A stretch of 39,152 nt of DNA. Origin: Thermoproteota archaeon (GTDB taxonomy: Archaea; Thermoproteota; Bathyarchaeia; Bathyarchaeales; JAYEKF01). Positions within the stretch are counted from its first letter, which is position 1; each line of letters begins with the position of its first letter. The position numbers and the translations under genes are program-made. The notes beneath the pieces were generated by a model. It saw only the letters and a list, made by a program, of their open reading frames with translations. It made no database searches and had not been told where the DNA came from. Location of the stretch: NCBI GenBank assembly GCA_034660895.1, contig JAYEKF010000009.1:1-39152 (forward strand). Reading direction: 5' to 3'. Positions 1 through 8,848 of the stretch are shown piece by piece.

Positions 1-99
1 AAAATTTAGTTGTACTCGTACTAAACGTTTCTAAGTAAAGTAAAAATAAGTTTTTTTCTTTGTATTAGTTTAGCGTTACAAAACTCGTCTGGTGAAAAC

Positions 100-456
100 T
101 TGAATATTTGGACCTGCCCTAACCCTGAATGCCCTTACGACAAACCTTTACAGCCTAAACAGTCTTGTCCAAAATGTGGAAAAGCCGCCCAACAATTCAA
201 CTTTCAACAGCTCGGCAAGCTCTTTCAACGAAAATGGAAACTGCAGAAAGCCATCAGAAAAGCCGAGAAAATCAAGCAGGTGTTAAAGAGAACGAAATAT
301 TGTCCGAAATGTGGTTCCACCCAAGTTTTCTGGACCTCCGGCCTCCCTCAAACTTGGTCCTTGTGGGAATGCAAAAAATGCGGGTACCGAGGACCTTTAA
401 TCCTAGAAGACGGAGACCTAGCCGCTAAACTTCGAAAAGACTACAAAGCTTGTTAA
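100..456 (+). CDS. Small protein with two Zn-ribbon modules
   Basis: CPNPEC...CPKC and CPKC...CKKC Cys pairs joined by a Lys-rich helix; TTG start. Confidence 0.7.
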   Translation: MNIWTCPNPECPYDKPLQPKQSCPKCGKAAQQFNFQQLGKLFQRKWKLQKAIRKAEKIKQVLKRTKYCPKCGSTQVFWTSGLPQTWSLWECKKCGYRGPLILEDGDLAAKLRKDYKAC

Positions 457-821
457 CAATAAACTCTTCCAAACTAGGCGACAACTGGATCAAAAAACAA
501 ACGTGAGCTACAACCACCCCCGTCCCTAGAAACCTTCGTTTTCCTCTTTTTCCTTCACTTCCTCTTTTAACACTATTAACGCTACCCGCTCTACCAGCAC
601 TACCCAACAAGAACGTAGACGAAAAAGCGAAGGAAACTTAACTGTGCTTCTTAAGTTCAGCCAGGGCGACTTCAAACCCGTGAGAACGGTTCCTAAATTT
701 TCTTTCTTTCATTTTTCTCTTCACTTTAACCAGTTGTTCTTACTATTCGCTTCCGTAAGACGTTTAACTTTTTGGATTACAGAATACAACTTTTCATACA
801 ACTTTTTTCATGTCATAAGTA

Positions 822-992
822 TTGATAAAAGTTTTAGCTAAGAATCCTCCAGCTATCCTATTCGTTTTAGGATTTCTCTTACTCGTTTTTGGTTACACCA
901 GTGACATAGGCGACATGGTTAGTACAAGTTGGGCTTTCATTGGTTTAGGAGTTCTTCTACAAGTTCTTTGGCTTGTGTTCACGAAAGGATAA
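822..992 (+). CDS. Putative 56-aa two-TM membrane microprotein
   Basis: Manual translation MIKVLAKNPPAILFVLGFLLLVFGYTSDIGDMVSTSWAFIGLGVLLQVLWLVFTKG*; two hydrophobic stretches; below the ORF-track cutoff. Confidence 0.5.
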   Translation: MIKVLAKNPPAILFVLGFLLLVFGYTSDIGDMVSTSWAFIGLGVLLQVLWLVFTKG

Positions 993-1016
993 AATGTAAT
1001 ACAGAAGACTAGAACG

Positions 1017-1170
1017 ATGCCTCTTTTCATGTTAAAGAAACGGTTCTTTGAACAATTCAAATCTGGAAAAAAAGACGTGGAACTGAGAAACGTTAAGCCT
1101 CAACGGAAAAACAGCAGAACAGGAGATGAAGCTGTTCTACAATGAGGAAGAAACATAGTACGGAAAAGAA
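1017..1170 (+). pseudogene. ASCH/PUA-like domain pseudogene (N-terminal part)
   Basis: MPLFMLKKRFFEQFKSGKKDVELR...GDEAVLQ*GRNIVRKR resembles the ASCH GxKxxExR motif; internal TGA at 1143-1145; truncated where the convergent RHH gene ends. Confidence 0.55.
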
Positions 1171-1179
1171 CTTTGGACA

Positions 1180-1353
1180 CTACCGATTCTTTTTCTTTAA
1201 GTTTACGAAGTGTGGTAAAAAACCGAATTCCTTAAGAAGTTGAATTATCCCACACCGCACAAGTTCAGCTTTTGAGGGATAAAGTCCAGAAGCTACTAAT
1301 TCATCAAGGAGTGCATTTAGCTTCTCATCGATTGTCACTCTAATCTCAGGCAT
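1180..1353 (-). CDS. Ribbon-helix-helix (CopG/Arc/MetJ-like) DNA-binding protein, 57 aa
   Basis: Manual translation MPEIRVTIDEKLNALLDELVASGLYPSKAELVRCGIIQLLKEFGFLPHFVNLKKKNR*; alternating beta strand plus LDELV-xxG-YxSxxE-VR pattern; GAGGT SD upstream. Confidence 0.8.
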   Translation of the reverse strand: MPEIRVTIDEKLNALLDELVASGLYPSKAELVRCGIIQLLKEFGFLPHFVNLKKKNR

Positions 1354-1397
1354 GCAACTACCTCAATATGCATTAAGTCCTTTTGGTGACCAGTCGA

Positions 1398-1412
1398 ATT
1401 ATTTATATATTC
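1398..1412. promoter_or_regulatory. TATA box in the divergent spacer between the RHH gene and the 47-aa ORF
   Basis: ATTTATATAT at 1401-1410, about 40-50 nt from both start codons. Confidence 0.5.
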
Positions 1413-1449
1413 TCTACAGCGAGTATCCAATCAAATGGAGGGTAGATGT

Positions 1450-1593
1450 ATGAGTAAGAGAGCTTTAATCTCAGTCAAACTGGTTCCTGAAGCATCAGAA
1501 ACGCCAAACAGTCAAATTGAAAAAGAGATCCGTGAGGATTCTCAAATTCCATGGTGTGCCAAAATCGAGAAAGTAGAAGTCATGATGGAATGA
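1450..1593 (+). CDS. Hypothetical 47-aa microprotein
   Basis: MSKRALISVKLVPEASETPNSQIEKEIREDSQIPWCAKIEKVEVMME*; GGAGGG SD and TATA upstream. Confidence 0.65.
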   Translation: MSKRALISVKLVPEASETPNSQIEKEIREDSQIPWCAKIEKVEVMME

Positions 1594-1641
1594 ACCGAGA
1601 AAACTAATTAGAACCCAGTTTTTCACCCCGCGAGAAAAACG

Positions 1642-1740
1642 CTAGGCTCCAAGATACTCTTTGACGCATCTTCTAAGCTCTGGAAATTCATCGAGAAGAG
1701 CCTTAATCAAACGCCAACGGATTTCTTCGAACTCATCCAT
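1642..1740 (-). CDS. Hypothetical 32-aa helical microprotein
   Basis: MDEFEEIRWRLIKALLDEFPELRRCVKEYLGA*; TTTATA on the minus strand about 25 nt upstream, consistent with a leaderless archaeal transcript. Confidence 0.45.
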   Translation of the reverse strand: MDEFEEIRWRLIKALLDEFPELRRCVKEYLGA

Positions 1741-2017
1741 ACTTTGTCTTGTTTCGTAATACGCTATAAAGTTTATGTCCCTGCGTTGAACACACAAATT
1801 AAAGGATTTATCTTAACGCGAAGAAGGTTTTTCCAGACGCCGACAACATTTTTGAGGTTAAAAAGAAGATAAAGGAATTTTTTCCTAAAGACAAAGTGTT
1901 TATGGCTTTTGAGGTTGTTTAGAAACTGCTACAAGACCACAAGATAATCTAGATCTTACCAATTCCCACCCACTTGAGGTATAGTTTCAATACCCTTTTG
2001 GGGTAACTAATGTATTT

Positions 2018-2323
2018 TTACTTAACCAACGTTTCAAGGTTTTTACCTAAGTAACGTATCAAAATTTTGTTAATTTCTTCTCTAATTCTAGGATTCACAA
2101 GTGTTAGATTATATAAATTAGCGGCTGTGAGCACATCTACTTCTAAAGTCGGTTCATTATTTCTAGAGCAAATGGAAATTTCAGTTTCGTTAATTCTAAC
2201 ATTCGAATCGGTGGTACTGTGTTTCCTGAGCACCTTCAATCTTTCGTCATAGAATCTTCCAACTTCTATCTTCATGAAACGAATGCCTCTACACGCAATC
2301 ACAATATCATGACGAACTAACAT
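2018..2323 (-). CDS. Hypothetical protein
   Basis: 101-aa ORF with protein-like composition; real start may be the internal Met (MKIEVGRF). Confidence 0.5.
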   Translation of the reverse strand: MLVRHDIVIACRGIRFMKIEVGRFYDERLKVLRKHSTTDSNVRINETEISICSRNNEPTLEVDVLTAANLYNLTLVNPRIREEINKILIRYLGKNLETLVK

Positions 2324-2377
2324 AGTGAGAACGATTTAAAAAATCTGGGTTAATACATATTCAGCGATGTGTGATGG

Positions 2378-2758
2378 ATGAATATGAAACTTACCAAAAG
2401 AATGAAGAAAATTCTGATATTTTTGTTGCATCCAGAAAAATACCTTGAATGGTTTCACAAAAATAAAATCGAAACTCTGAACGAATACTCAACTACTGGG
2501 GAAGAACTTTACGTTTGGGACGTGCATATAGCAGCATTTTTGGAAAATAGACCTACTGGCTTTTCTAGCAACGAGAGATTCAGTTATAGGAGGACTTTCC
2601 AGATTTTAAAGAGACTTGGACTTGTTGAAAGATACGTCGAGGAGACAGGTGTGGTCGCTGCAAAATATAAGTTGACAAATGAGGGCAGAAAAATGGCAGA
2701 GAAAATTGAAAAAGAAATCAAGGCCTTCATTAAAGAATATGAAAATATAGTGTCCTGA
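2378..2758 (+). CDS. Winged helix-turn-helix protein
   Basis: C-terminal SYRRTFQILKRLGLVER...YKLTNEGRKMAEKI is typical of MarR/ArsR-like wHTH recognition helix and wing. Confidence 0.65.
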   Translation: MNMKLTKRMKKILIFLLHPEKYLEWFHKNKIETLNEYSTTGEELYVWDVHIAAFLENRPTGFSSNERFSYRRTFQILKRLGLVERYVEETGVVAAKYKLTNEGRKMAEKIEKEIKAFIKEYENIVS

Positions 2759-2949
2759 AAACTGAAAAAATAACATCGTCTTTTTCCTTGGCATCTGAAT
2801 CGTTAAAATTAGAGTTTTGCTTCACAAACTTCTGAATACGAGAAATGTGTCTAATTTTCTTATCGAGCTTTAGGGAACCCAGTTGGGGTTTATGCTGTAG
2901 AATTTTTTGGAAGTTTTGAATGTGGGGAGGATTTTTGGCGTTAAGCCTT

Positions 2950-2966
2950 ACAAAAAAATTTATAAT
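2950..2966 (+). promoter_or_regulatory. Putative BRE/TATA promoter of the polyferredoxin-hdrA unit
   Basis: CAAAAAAATTTATAA upstream of the ATG at 3079. Confidence 0.4.
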
Positions 2967-3078
2967 GGTAAAAGGTTACGGTTAAACTTGCATCCTTCTA
3001 AACTAGAGTGCACACGCAAATCAAAACATAAATAACAACCACCATGCCAAATAATACACTCCAAAAAGGAAAACTGAA

Positions 3079-3951
3079 ATGCCAATGAAACACCGAAAAA
3101 CCGAAAACAAACAACAACTCATAATCGAAAGAATCCACCACACAAAACGCTACAAACTCATCCTCAACAAAAACCTCTGCCAACCATGCCAACTATGCGC
3201 ACTCATCTGTCCAAAACAAGCCATCCACACCGAAACTCAACCAAAAATAGAAGGAAAAACCCAAAAACCGCTCATCGACATCGACGAAAACCTGTGCCAC
3301 TACTGCGGAATCTGCCAAGCCATATGCCCCTACGGAGCCATCCAAATTCAAATAAACGGTCAACCCTTCAACGCAGTTTTCGAAAAAGAAAGCTTCCCGC
3401 AACTCATACGAGAAATCCAAGTAGACACCACTAAATGTCCACTAGACTGCCATGAATGTGAAAAAGCCTGCCCCCTCAATCTGATCAAAGTAACCCTACA
3501 TTCCTCCCAAGTCAAAGTTGACATCAAAAAACTTCAATGCCCTGCCTGTCGAATCTGCGAAATAAAATGCCCAAAAGACGCCATTAAAGTGCGAAGAATC
3601 TTCTACGGAAAACTCAAAATAAATCCAGAAAAATGTCCGGAAGGATGCAGAGACTGCCTCGACGTCTGCCCCATCACAGGTGCCCTCTACTGGTCTGAAG
3701 ATGACAAAAAAGTCCACGTGAACGAGTTGTTCTGCGTGTATTGCGGCACGTGCCAACTGGTCTGCCCTGAACCAGAAGCCCTTGAGCTGCAGCGAACAAA
3801 AATTCTGCACACACCCGTTCGCTCTGGAGCATGGAACAAAGCTTTCGAAAAGCTGACTTCCACCAAAGAAATGACAAAAGAGCTGGAAGCAAAAGGATTT
3901 TCTAAGGCAAAGGAGTCCGTGGAAAAACTGCTCGCTTGGAGAGCGAAATGA
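3079..3951 (+). CDS. Polyferredoxin with six [4Fe-4S] motifs, FwdF-like
   Basis: Six ferredoxin motifs: CQPCQLCALICP, CHYCGICQAICP, CPLDCHECEKACP, CPACRICEIKCP, CPEGCRDCLDVCP, CVYCGTCQLVCP. Confidence 0.85.
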   Translation: MPMKHRKTENKQQLIIERIHHTKRYKLILNKNLCQPCQLCALICPKQAIHTETQPKIEGKTQKPLIDIDENLCHYCGICQAICPYGAIQIQINGQPFNAVFEKESFPQLIREIQVDTTKCPLDCHECEKACPLNLIKVTLHSSQVKVDIKKLQCPACRICEIKCPKDAIKVRRIFYGKLKINPEKCPEGCRDCLDVCPITGALYWSEDDKKVHVNELFCVYCGTCQLVCPEPEALELQRTKILHTPVRSGAWNKAFEKLTSTKEMTKELEAKGFSKAKESVEKLLAWRAK

Positions 3952-6380
3952 TGTCTACACCGGAAGAACCAAGAATTGGAGTTTTCATTTGCCATTGCGG
4001 CCTCAACATAGCTGGGGTTCTCGACATGGATGCGCTTGAGGAACACGCTAAAACTCTACCTAACGTAGTATACGTCAAACAAAACCGCTATACTTGCGCC
4101 GACCCTGGACAAGAGGAAATTCGGAAAGGAATTAAAGAACACAATCTCAACCGAGTAGTAGTGGCCGCCTGCTCACCACGGTTGCATGAGCCAACCTTCC
4201 GCCGATGCATCTCGGAAGCTGGACTCAACCCGTTTCTCTTTGAAATGGCGAACATACGTGAGTTTTCGTCTTGGTGTCATGCTAGCACCCCTGAAGAGGC
4301 CACAGAAAAAGCTAAAGACATCATCAGCATGGCGGTCGCCAAAGCGAGGTTGTTACGACCTCTCGAAACTCTGGAGGTACCTGTGACAAATGAGGTTTTA
4401 GTGATTGGTGGTGGCATCGCAGGTATTAGTGCGGCGCTTGACTTGGCGGACATGGGGTTTAAGGTGTATCTCCTTGAAAAAAGTGAAAGCATTGGGGGGC
4501 ACATGGCTCAGCTTGACAAAACCTTCCCAACACTAGATTGCTCCATCTGTATTGAAGGACCAAAAATGGTGGATGTGTCGCGTCACCCTAATATCGAAAT
4601 AATATCGTACGCTGATCTGCTAAGTGTGCAAGGCTACGTGGGCAACTTTAAGGTCAAAATAAGGAAAAATCCACGTTACGTTATCGATGAAAACTGCACG
4701 GGGTGTGGTGAATGCACGGAAGTTTGCCCCATCGAATATCCAAACGAATGGGACTTGAACATGGGTGTGCGAAAAGCGATATCTGTGCCTTTTGAACAAG
4801 CCGTCCCTCTCGTTTACACAATCAACATGGATTACTGTATTGAATGCTACAAGTGTGTGGACGCTTGTGGAGCACAGCAAGCTATCAACTTCGAACAGAA
4901 ACCAAAAGAAATTGAACTGGAAGTCGGCGCCATTATTATTGCCACAGGCTTCGACATCTACTTTCCCTACGACAACAACTTGTATGGCTATGGCAAGTAT
5001 GACAACGTGATCACCGCATTAGAGTTTGAACGATTAATCTTAGCTGCGGGGCCGACTGGAGGCAAAGTTGTGCGGGCTTCGGACGGTGAAAAACCGCATA
5101 AAGTAGCGATCATCCAATGTGTAGGTTCCAGAGATATTAACAAATACGAGTATTGCTCGGGTTTTTGTTGTATGTACGCTCTCAAACATTCTGTTCAGCT
5201 CAAGGAGAAATACAACGATGAAGTGGAAGTTTACATCCTTTACATAGACATGCGCACCAACTTCAAGGGCTACGAAGAATTCTACCGTCGAGCTCGCGAT
5301 TTAGGCGTCAACTTTATTCGAGGCCGAGTCAGCCACATCTTAGAAGACTCACAAACGAAAAATTTGATCATACGAGCGGAAGACATGACGTTAGGCGAAC
5401 CGCTAGAACTGGAAGCTGACTTGGTGATTTTGTCCACAGCAGCTATTCCAAAAAGGAACGCGGGGGATGTGGCGCGCATTATCACTATCACCCAGGGAAA
5501 CAACGGTTTCTTCATGGAAAGCCATCCAAAACTTAAACCCATAGACACTCCAACTGACGGCGTCTTTCTAGCCGGAGCTTGCCAAGGACCGAAAGATATA
5601 CCGTATTGCGTTTCGCAGGGAAGTGGAGCCGCCGCACGAGCCGCCACTATCCTTTCTAAACCTACTTACAGAATTGAACCTATTGTGGCGGTGGTGGATC
5701 CAGATAAATGTAGAAACAAAGAAATTAAGTGCGGCATTTGCGCGCAACACTGTCCTTACGGAGCGATTAAGGCTCCGGAGAGGCAGCCTGCTCAAGTTAT
5801 CACGGCGACGTGTCACGGATGTGGGACTTGTGTTGCGGAATGTCCGGCGGACGCCATTACGCAAATGCACTTCACCGATGCGCAAATTTTGGCTCAAATT
5901 CGGGAGGCATTAAAGGAAAATCCGGAAGAGAAAATTTTGACTTTCATGTGCAATTGGTGCAGTTATGCGGGTGCAGATTTAGCGGGGACAAGTCGGCTGG
6001 AATATCCTCCTACGATACGGCCGATAAGGGTGATGTGTTCTGGACGCGTAGACCGAGATTTTGTGTTGGAGGCGTTTCGGATGGGTGTAGGTATGGTTTT
6101 GGTGTCAGGGTGTCATTTACCTTATGATTGTCACTATATTTCAGGCAACAAGAGAATGACAAAACGTATAAAAACATTGCAGAAGATGCTGCAGAAGTTA
6201 GGGGTTAGTCCGGAAAGATTACGAATAGAATACGTGTCCGCGGCGGAGGGCGTAAAATTTGTGGAGCTGGTGAAAGAAATGACGGGGCAGCTGCAAGCGT
6301 TAGGTAGAGAGAAAATTGAAGAAGAAAACAAGAAAGTTCGTCCGATTATCGAGAAGATGTTGGCGAGAAAGAAAAAGTAG
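3948..6380 (+). CDS. hdrA: Heterodisulfide reductase subunit A fused to C-terminal MvhD ([2Fe-2S]) domain
   Basis: RIGVFICHCG, ACSPRLHE, GGGIAG FAD site, DKTFPTLDCSIC, QCVGSRD-CSGFCCMY, ferredoxin inserts, and MvhD motifs CNWCSYAGAD, RVMCSGR, GCHLPYDCHY. ATGA overlap with the upstream stop (track start 3936). Confidence 0.95.
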   Translation: MMSTPEEPRIGVFICHCGLNIAGVLDMDALEEHAKTLPNVVYVKQNRYTCADPGQEEIRKGIKEHNLNRVVVAACSPRLHEPTFRRCISEAGLNPFLFEMANIREFSSWCHASTPEEATEKAKDIISMAVAKARLLRPLETLEVPVTNEVLVIGGGIAGISAALDLADMGFKVYLLEKSESIGGHMAQLDKTFPTLDCSICIEGPKMVDVSRHPNIEIISYADLLSVQGYVGNFKVKIRKNPRYVIDENCTGCGECTEVCPIEYPNEWDLNMGVRKAISVPFEQAVPLVYTINMDYCIECYKCVDACGAQQAINFEQKPKEIELEVGAIIIATGFDIYFPYDNNLYGYGKYDNVITALEFERLILAAGPTGGKVVRASDGEKPHKVAIIQCVGSRDINKYEYCSGFCCMYALKHSVQLKEKYNDEVEVYILYIDMRTNFKGYEEFYRRARDLGVNFIRGRVSHILEDSQTKNLIIRAEDMTLGEPLELEADLVILSTAAIPKRNAGDVARIITITQGNNGFFMESHPKLKPIDTPTDGVFLAGACQGPKDIPYCVSQGSGAAARAATILSKPTYRIEPIVAVVDPDKCRNKEIKCGICAQHCPYGAIKAPERQPAQVITATCHGCGTCVAECPADAITQMHFTDAQILAQIREALKENPEEKILTFMCNWCSYAGADLAGTSRLEYPPTIRPIRVMCSGRVDRDFVLEAFRMGVGMVLVSGCHLPYDCHYISGNKRMTKRIKTLQKMLQKLGVSPERLRIEYVSAAEGVKFVELVKEMTGQLQALGREKIEEENKKVRPIIEKMLARKKK

Positions 6381-6443
6381 TTGAAAAATTCCTCTTATGT
6401 TGAAAAAGGGATATGTTCCAGTTTTTCATGTGTGGAACCACTG

Positions 6444-7004
6444 CTAAGCGATTCTAAAGAAAATGGACATGTACAATTCATCGCAGTATTTCCCATCAAT
6501 GAAACGTGCGTCTTTCAACACAGCTTCGGTCTTGAATCCACACTTCTCATAAACATGGACAGCCCTTTTATTCCCCCGAGACACCCTGAGGTAGACTTTT
6601 TTTAAACCTTTCTTTCTTGCAATCTCGAGTATAAACCTGGTGAGCGCAGCACCTAACCCCCTGTTTTGATAGTCATCATGCACCGCTATGCCCAACCAAG
6701 CTTTGTGGATAAGGGAGGGTTCAGCATGGAACGACAGTGTGGCGGAGGCAACAATTCGAGTCTTATCGCCTTCTTTAACCACTCCCAAGATGGGCAACGC
6801 CTTCTCATAGTTTATGTTGCTGGTCCATGCTTCAACCCTCTCACGCGTAAACGGTCTTACAAGAAAGCGCAAGCTTCTTCTTGACAGGGTGGAGAACATC
6901 TCCCAGAGCATGTTGGTGTCCGTGGATAGCTCCGGTCGGAGAAGAACCTCGGTTCCATCTCGAAGAGTCACCGTCTTCTCGTATTCCACGGGATAGCTGG
7001 ACAC
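6444..7004 (-). CDS. GNAT family N-acetyltransferase
   Basis: VHDDYQNRGLG acetyl-CoA motif and NKRAVHVYEKCGF; GTG start at 7004 after GGAGG (track start 7031). Confidence 0.9.
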   Translation of the reverse strand: MSSYPVEYEKTVTLRDGTEVLLRPELSTDTNMLWEMFSTLSRRSLRFLVRPFTRERVEAWTSNINYEKALPILGVVKEGDKTRIVASATLSFHAEPSLIHKAWLGIAVHDDYQNRGLGAALTRFILEIARKKGLKKVYLRVSRGNKRAVHVYEKCGFKTEAVLKDARFIDGKYCDELYMSIFFRIA

Positions 7005-7119
7005 GGCGATAACCTCCTGCTTCTTAAACAATTCTTATTTTTAATTTATTTTAATCTCATCTAAAACTTCTTCACATAAAGGTTTCTGGCACGAATTTGC
7101 TTCGCTGCTTGAGAACGAT

Positions 7120-7905
7120 CTAAGTCGTTTTTTCACCCACTAACATCACGATTTTTGAGTACATTCCGTATCCAAAAGCTTCAATTTTCTTTCCGTAGCG
7201 GCCCCACACATCTTTAAACTCCGGAACAGCCTTGCCGTAGATGTTTCTAGCGATTTCGATTCCTTCTTTAAGCTCGATTGTCGCTTGCTTTGCGGTGAGT
7301 TTCTTATTAGTGTAGTATGCTTTAGTTTTCTTTAACACAACATTATTTTCTCTGAATATATCAGCGTAAATTTTCTTTGGTAAAGACTTGGCACCAAAGA
7401 CTTTCCCTTCGACCTCTATAGCCAATTTTTGATCTTCTGTTTCCGCATCTTCAGGTGGAGTAATACACAAAGCTATTTTTCCGCTTGGTTTTGTAACTCT
7501 GACCATTTCCTTCGTGGTTTCTTTGACGCCTTCTTTCCCTCTTGTCATGTGAACGTCTCGCATACCTAGGAAACTGACGGCGAGATCAAAACAGTTCTTT
7601 GGAAAAGAAAGCTTTTTGGCGTCTATTCTTAGAATTTCAACATTATCCGCGACTTCAGCCTTTCTTATAAGTTCTTTTGCTCTATTCACATCCCCAGGGA
7701 CGATGTCTATCCCAATTATTTCGCCTTTTTCCACCTGTTTTGCCATTTCGATCGCGAAGAACCCCCATCCAGTTCCGACATCCAGAACCTTCATCCCCAC
7801 TGTAAGCTCTAAATCCCTACTGACACTCGTCCTCATTCCTTTTAACTTAACCCAGTATCTTTGATATTCTTCATCTGTAAGATACTTGGAGCTCATAATT
7901 CTCAC
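7120..7905 (-). CDS. Class I SAM-dependent methyltransferase
   Basis: VLDVGTGWG motif I, GIDI, DAKKLSFPKNCFDL, RVTKPSG. Confidence 0.9.
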   Translation of the reverse strand: MRIMSSKYLTDEEYQRYWVKLKGMRTSVSRDLELTVGMKVLDVGTGWGFFAIEMAKQVEKGEIIGIDIVPGDVNRAKELIRKAEVADNVEILRIDAKKLSFPKNCFDLAVSFLGMRDVHMTRGKEGVKETTKEMVRVTKPSGKIALCITPPEDAETEDQKLAIEVEGKVFGAKSLPKKIYADIFRENNVVLKKTKAYYTNKKLTAKQATIELKEGIEIARNIYGKAVPEFKDVWGRYGKKIEAFGYGMYSKIVMLVGEKTT

Positions 7906-8091
7906 GCTCGTATTCGTCGTCCTTTACCAGCTCTCGCATTGTAACCGGTTCGAATTTATAAAAACTAGAAGCAAAAACAGTTTAATAGGATAAACCTAGA
8001 GATTTAAGTGTCGCAGTTAGACATCTGTGCCTAAAGGCAAAAGAATAAAAGCATAGTAAAACGACGCCGCATCCACAAGCCCAAAAACGAA

Positions 8092-8529
8092 TCATTTTAT
8101 AGTAACGTTTTCTATCTCAAAATACCGCTTAACCAAAAAACGCAAACGCTCCGCATTACGTCCATTCCGGCCAATAGCCACCCCCTTATCCCGCGGATTC
8201 ACAGAAACCACCGCAACCATCTTGCCACTGGGCCGCTCACTGATTCGAACCTCCTTGGTTCGCGCAGGTTTAAGAGCATTCTTGATGAACTGAGCTGGAT
8301 CATCTGAATATTCAATAACTTCATGTTTTTTACCTGTCTTTCTTTCCAGAAAATGGATGTTTTTCCCGCCTTTTCCTATCGCCATACCAATATCTCCCTC
8401 TTTAACCACAAAAATGACACAATTTTGCTCATCACTAACAATACAGTCGCGCACGGTGGCATCGGTGACGCTTTCAAATAGAGCAATGTAACGTATCTCT
8501 GTGCTAGTGAACTTTATTCCACTAGCCAT
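8092..8529 (-). CDS. nusA: Archaeal NusA-like transcription factor (two KH domains)
   Basis: GMAIGKGGKNI and GVAIGRNGRN KH motifs; position directly after rpl30e. Confidence 0.95.
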   Translation of the reverse strand: MASGIKFTSTEIRYIALFESVTDATVRDCIVSDEQNCVIFVVKEGDIGMAIGKGGKNIHFLERKTGKKHEVIEYSDDPAQFIKNALKPARTKEVRISERPSGKMVAVVSVNPRDKGVAIGRNGRNAERLRFLVKRYFEIENVTIK

Positions 8530-8848
8530 CGGCTTCCTCCGCCTTCAAATTCTTAGCCAACCTTAAAATATCAGATTCACCCGCGTCTCTTATAGTTAAC
8601 GCTGAAATTAAGAAAGGCTTTCTACACGCCCTAGCCAAATCTACTCCGGTTCCTTCATATGTAATTACTGGAACCTTAGAAAGCTTACAATAGTATTCTA
8701 TGTCCTCTCGAACTCTTGACGGACAATTCGCCGCAACCACGATAAGTTTTGCCTTTCCAATTTTACCGTTCTTTACGGCGTTATTAGCTCCAAACAACAC
8801 TTTACCCGTTTTCAAGACGTTAATAATCGCTCTGTCAATATCAGTCAT
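8522..8848 (-). CDS. rpl30e: 50S ribosomal protein L30e
   Basis: TGKVLFG...AKLIVVAANCP...LARACRKPF...DAGESDIL. Confidence 0.95.
   Translation of the reverse strand: MTDIDRAIINVLKTGKVLFGANNAVKNGKIGKAKLIVVAANCPSRVREDIEYYCKLSKVPVITYEGTGVDLARACRKPFLISALTIRDAGESDILRLAKNLKAEEADG

Noticed and set aside
784-810. ATACAACTTTT direct repeat, two copies
   Set aside because: Only two short AT-rich copies with no spacer; not a CRISPR or iteron array.
520-816. Minus-strand frame with three in-frame TGA codons (possible TGA recoding)
   Set aside because: No recognisable protein, and intact genes in the window use TGA as a normal stop.
1143-1145. In-frame TGA in the ASCH-like ORF as selenocysteine
   Set aside because: The gene is also truncated and no SECIS is evident; a nonsense mutation is simpler.
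3948-6380. Selenocysteine in HdrA/MvhD as in Methanococcales
   Set aside because: The ORF is uninterrupted and the relevant positions are Cys codons.
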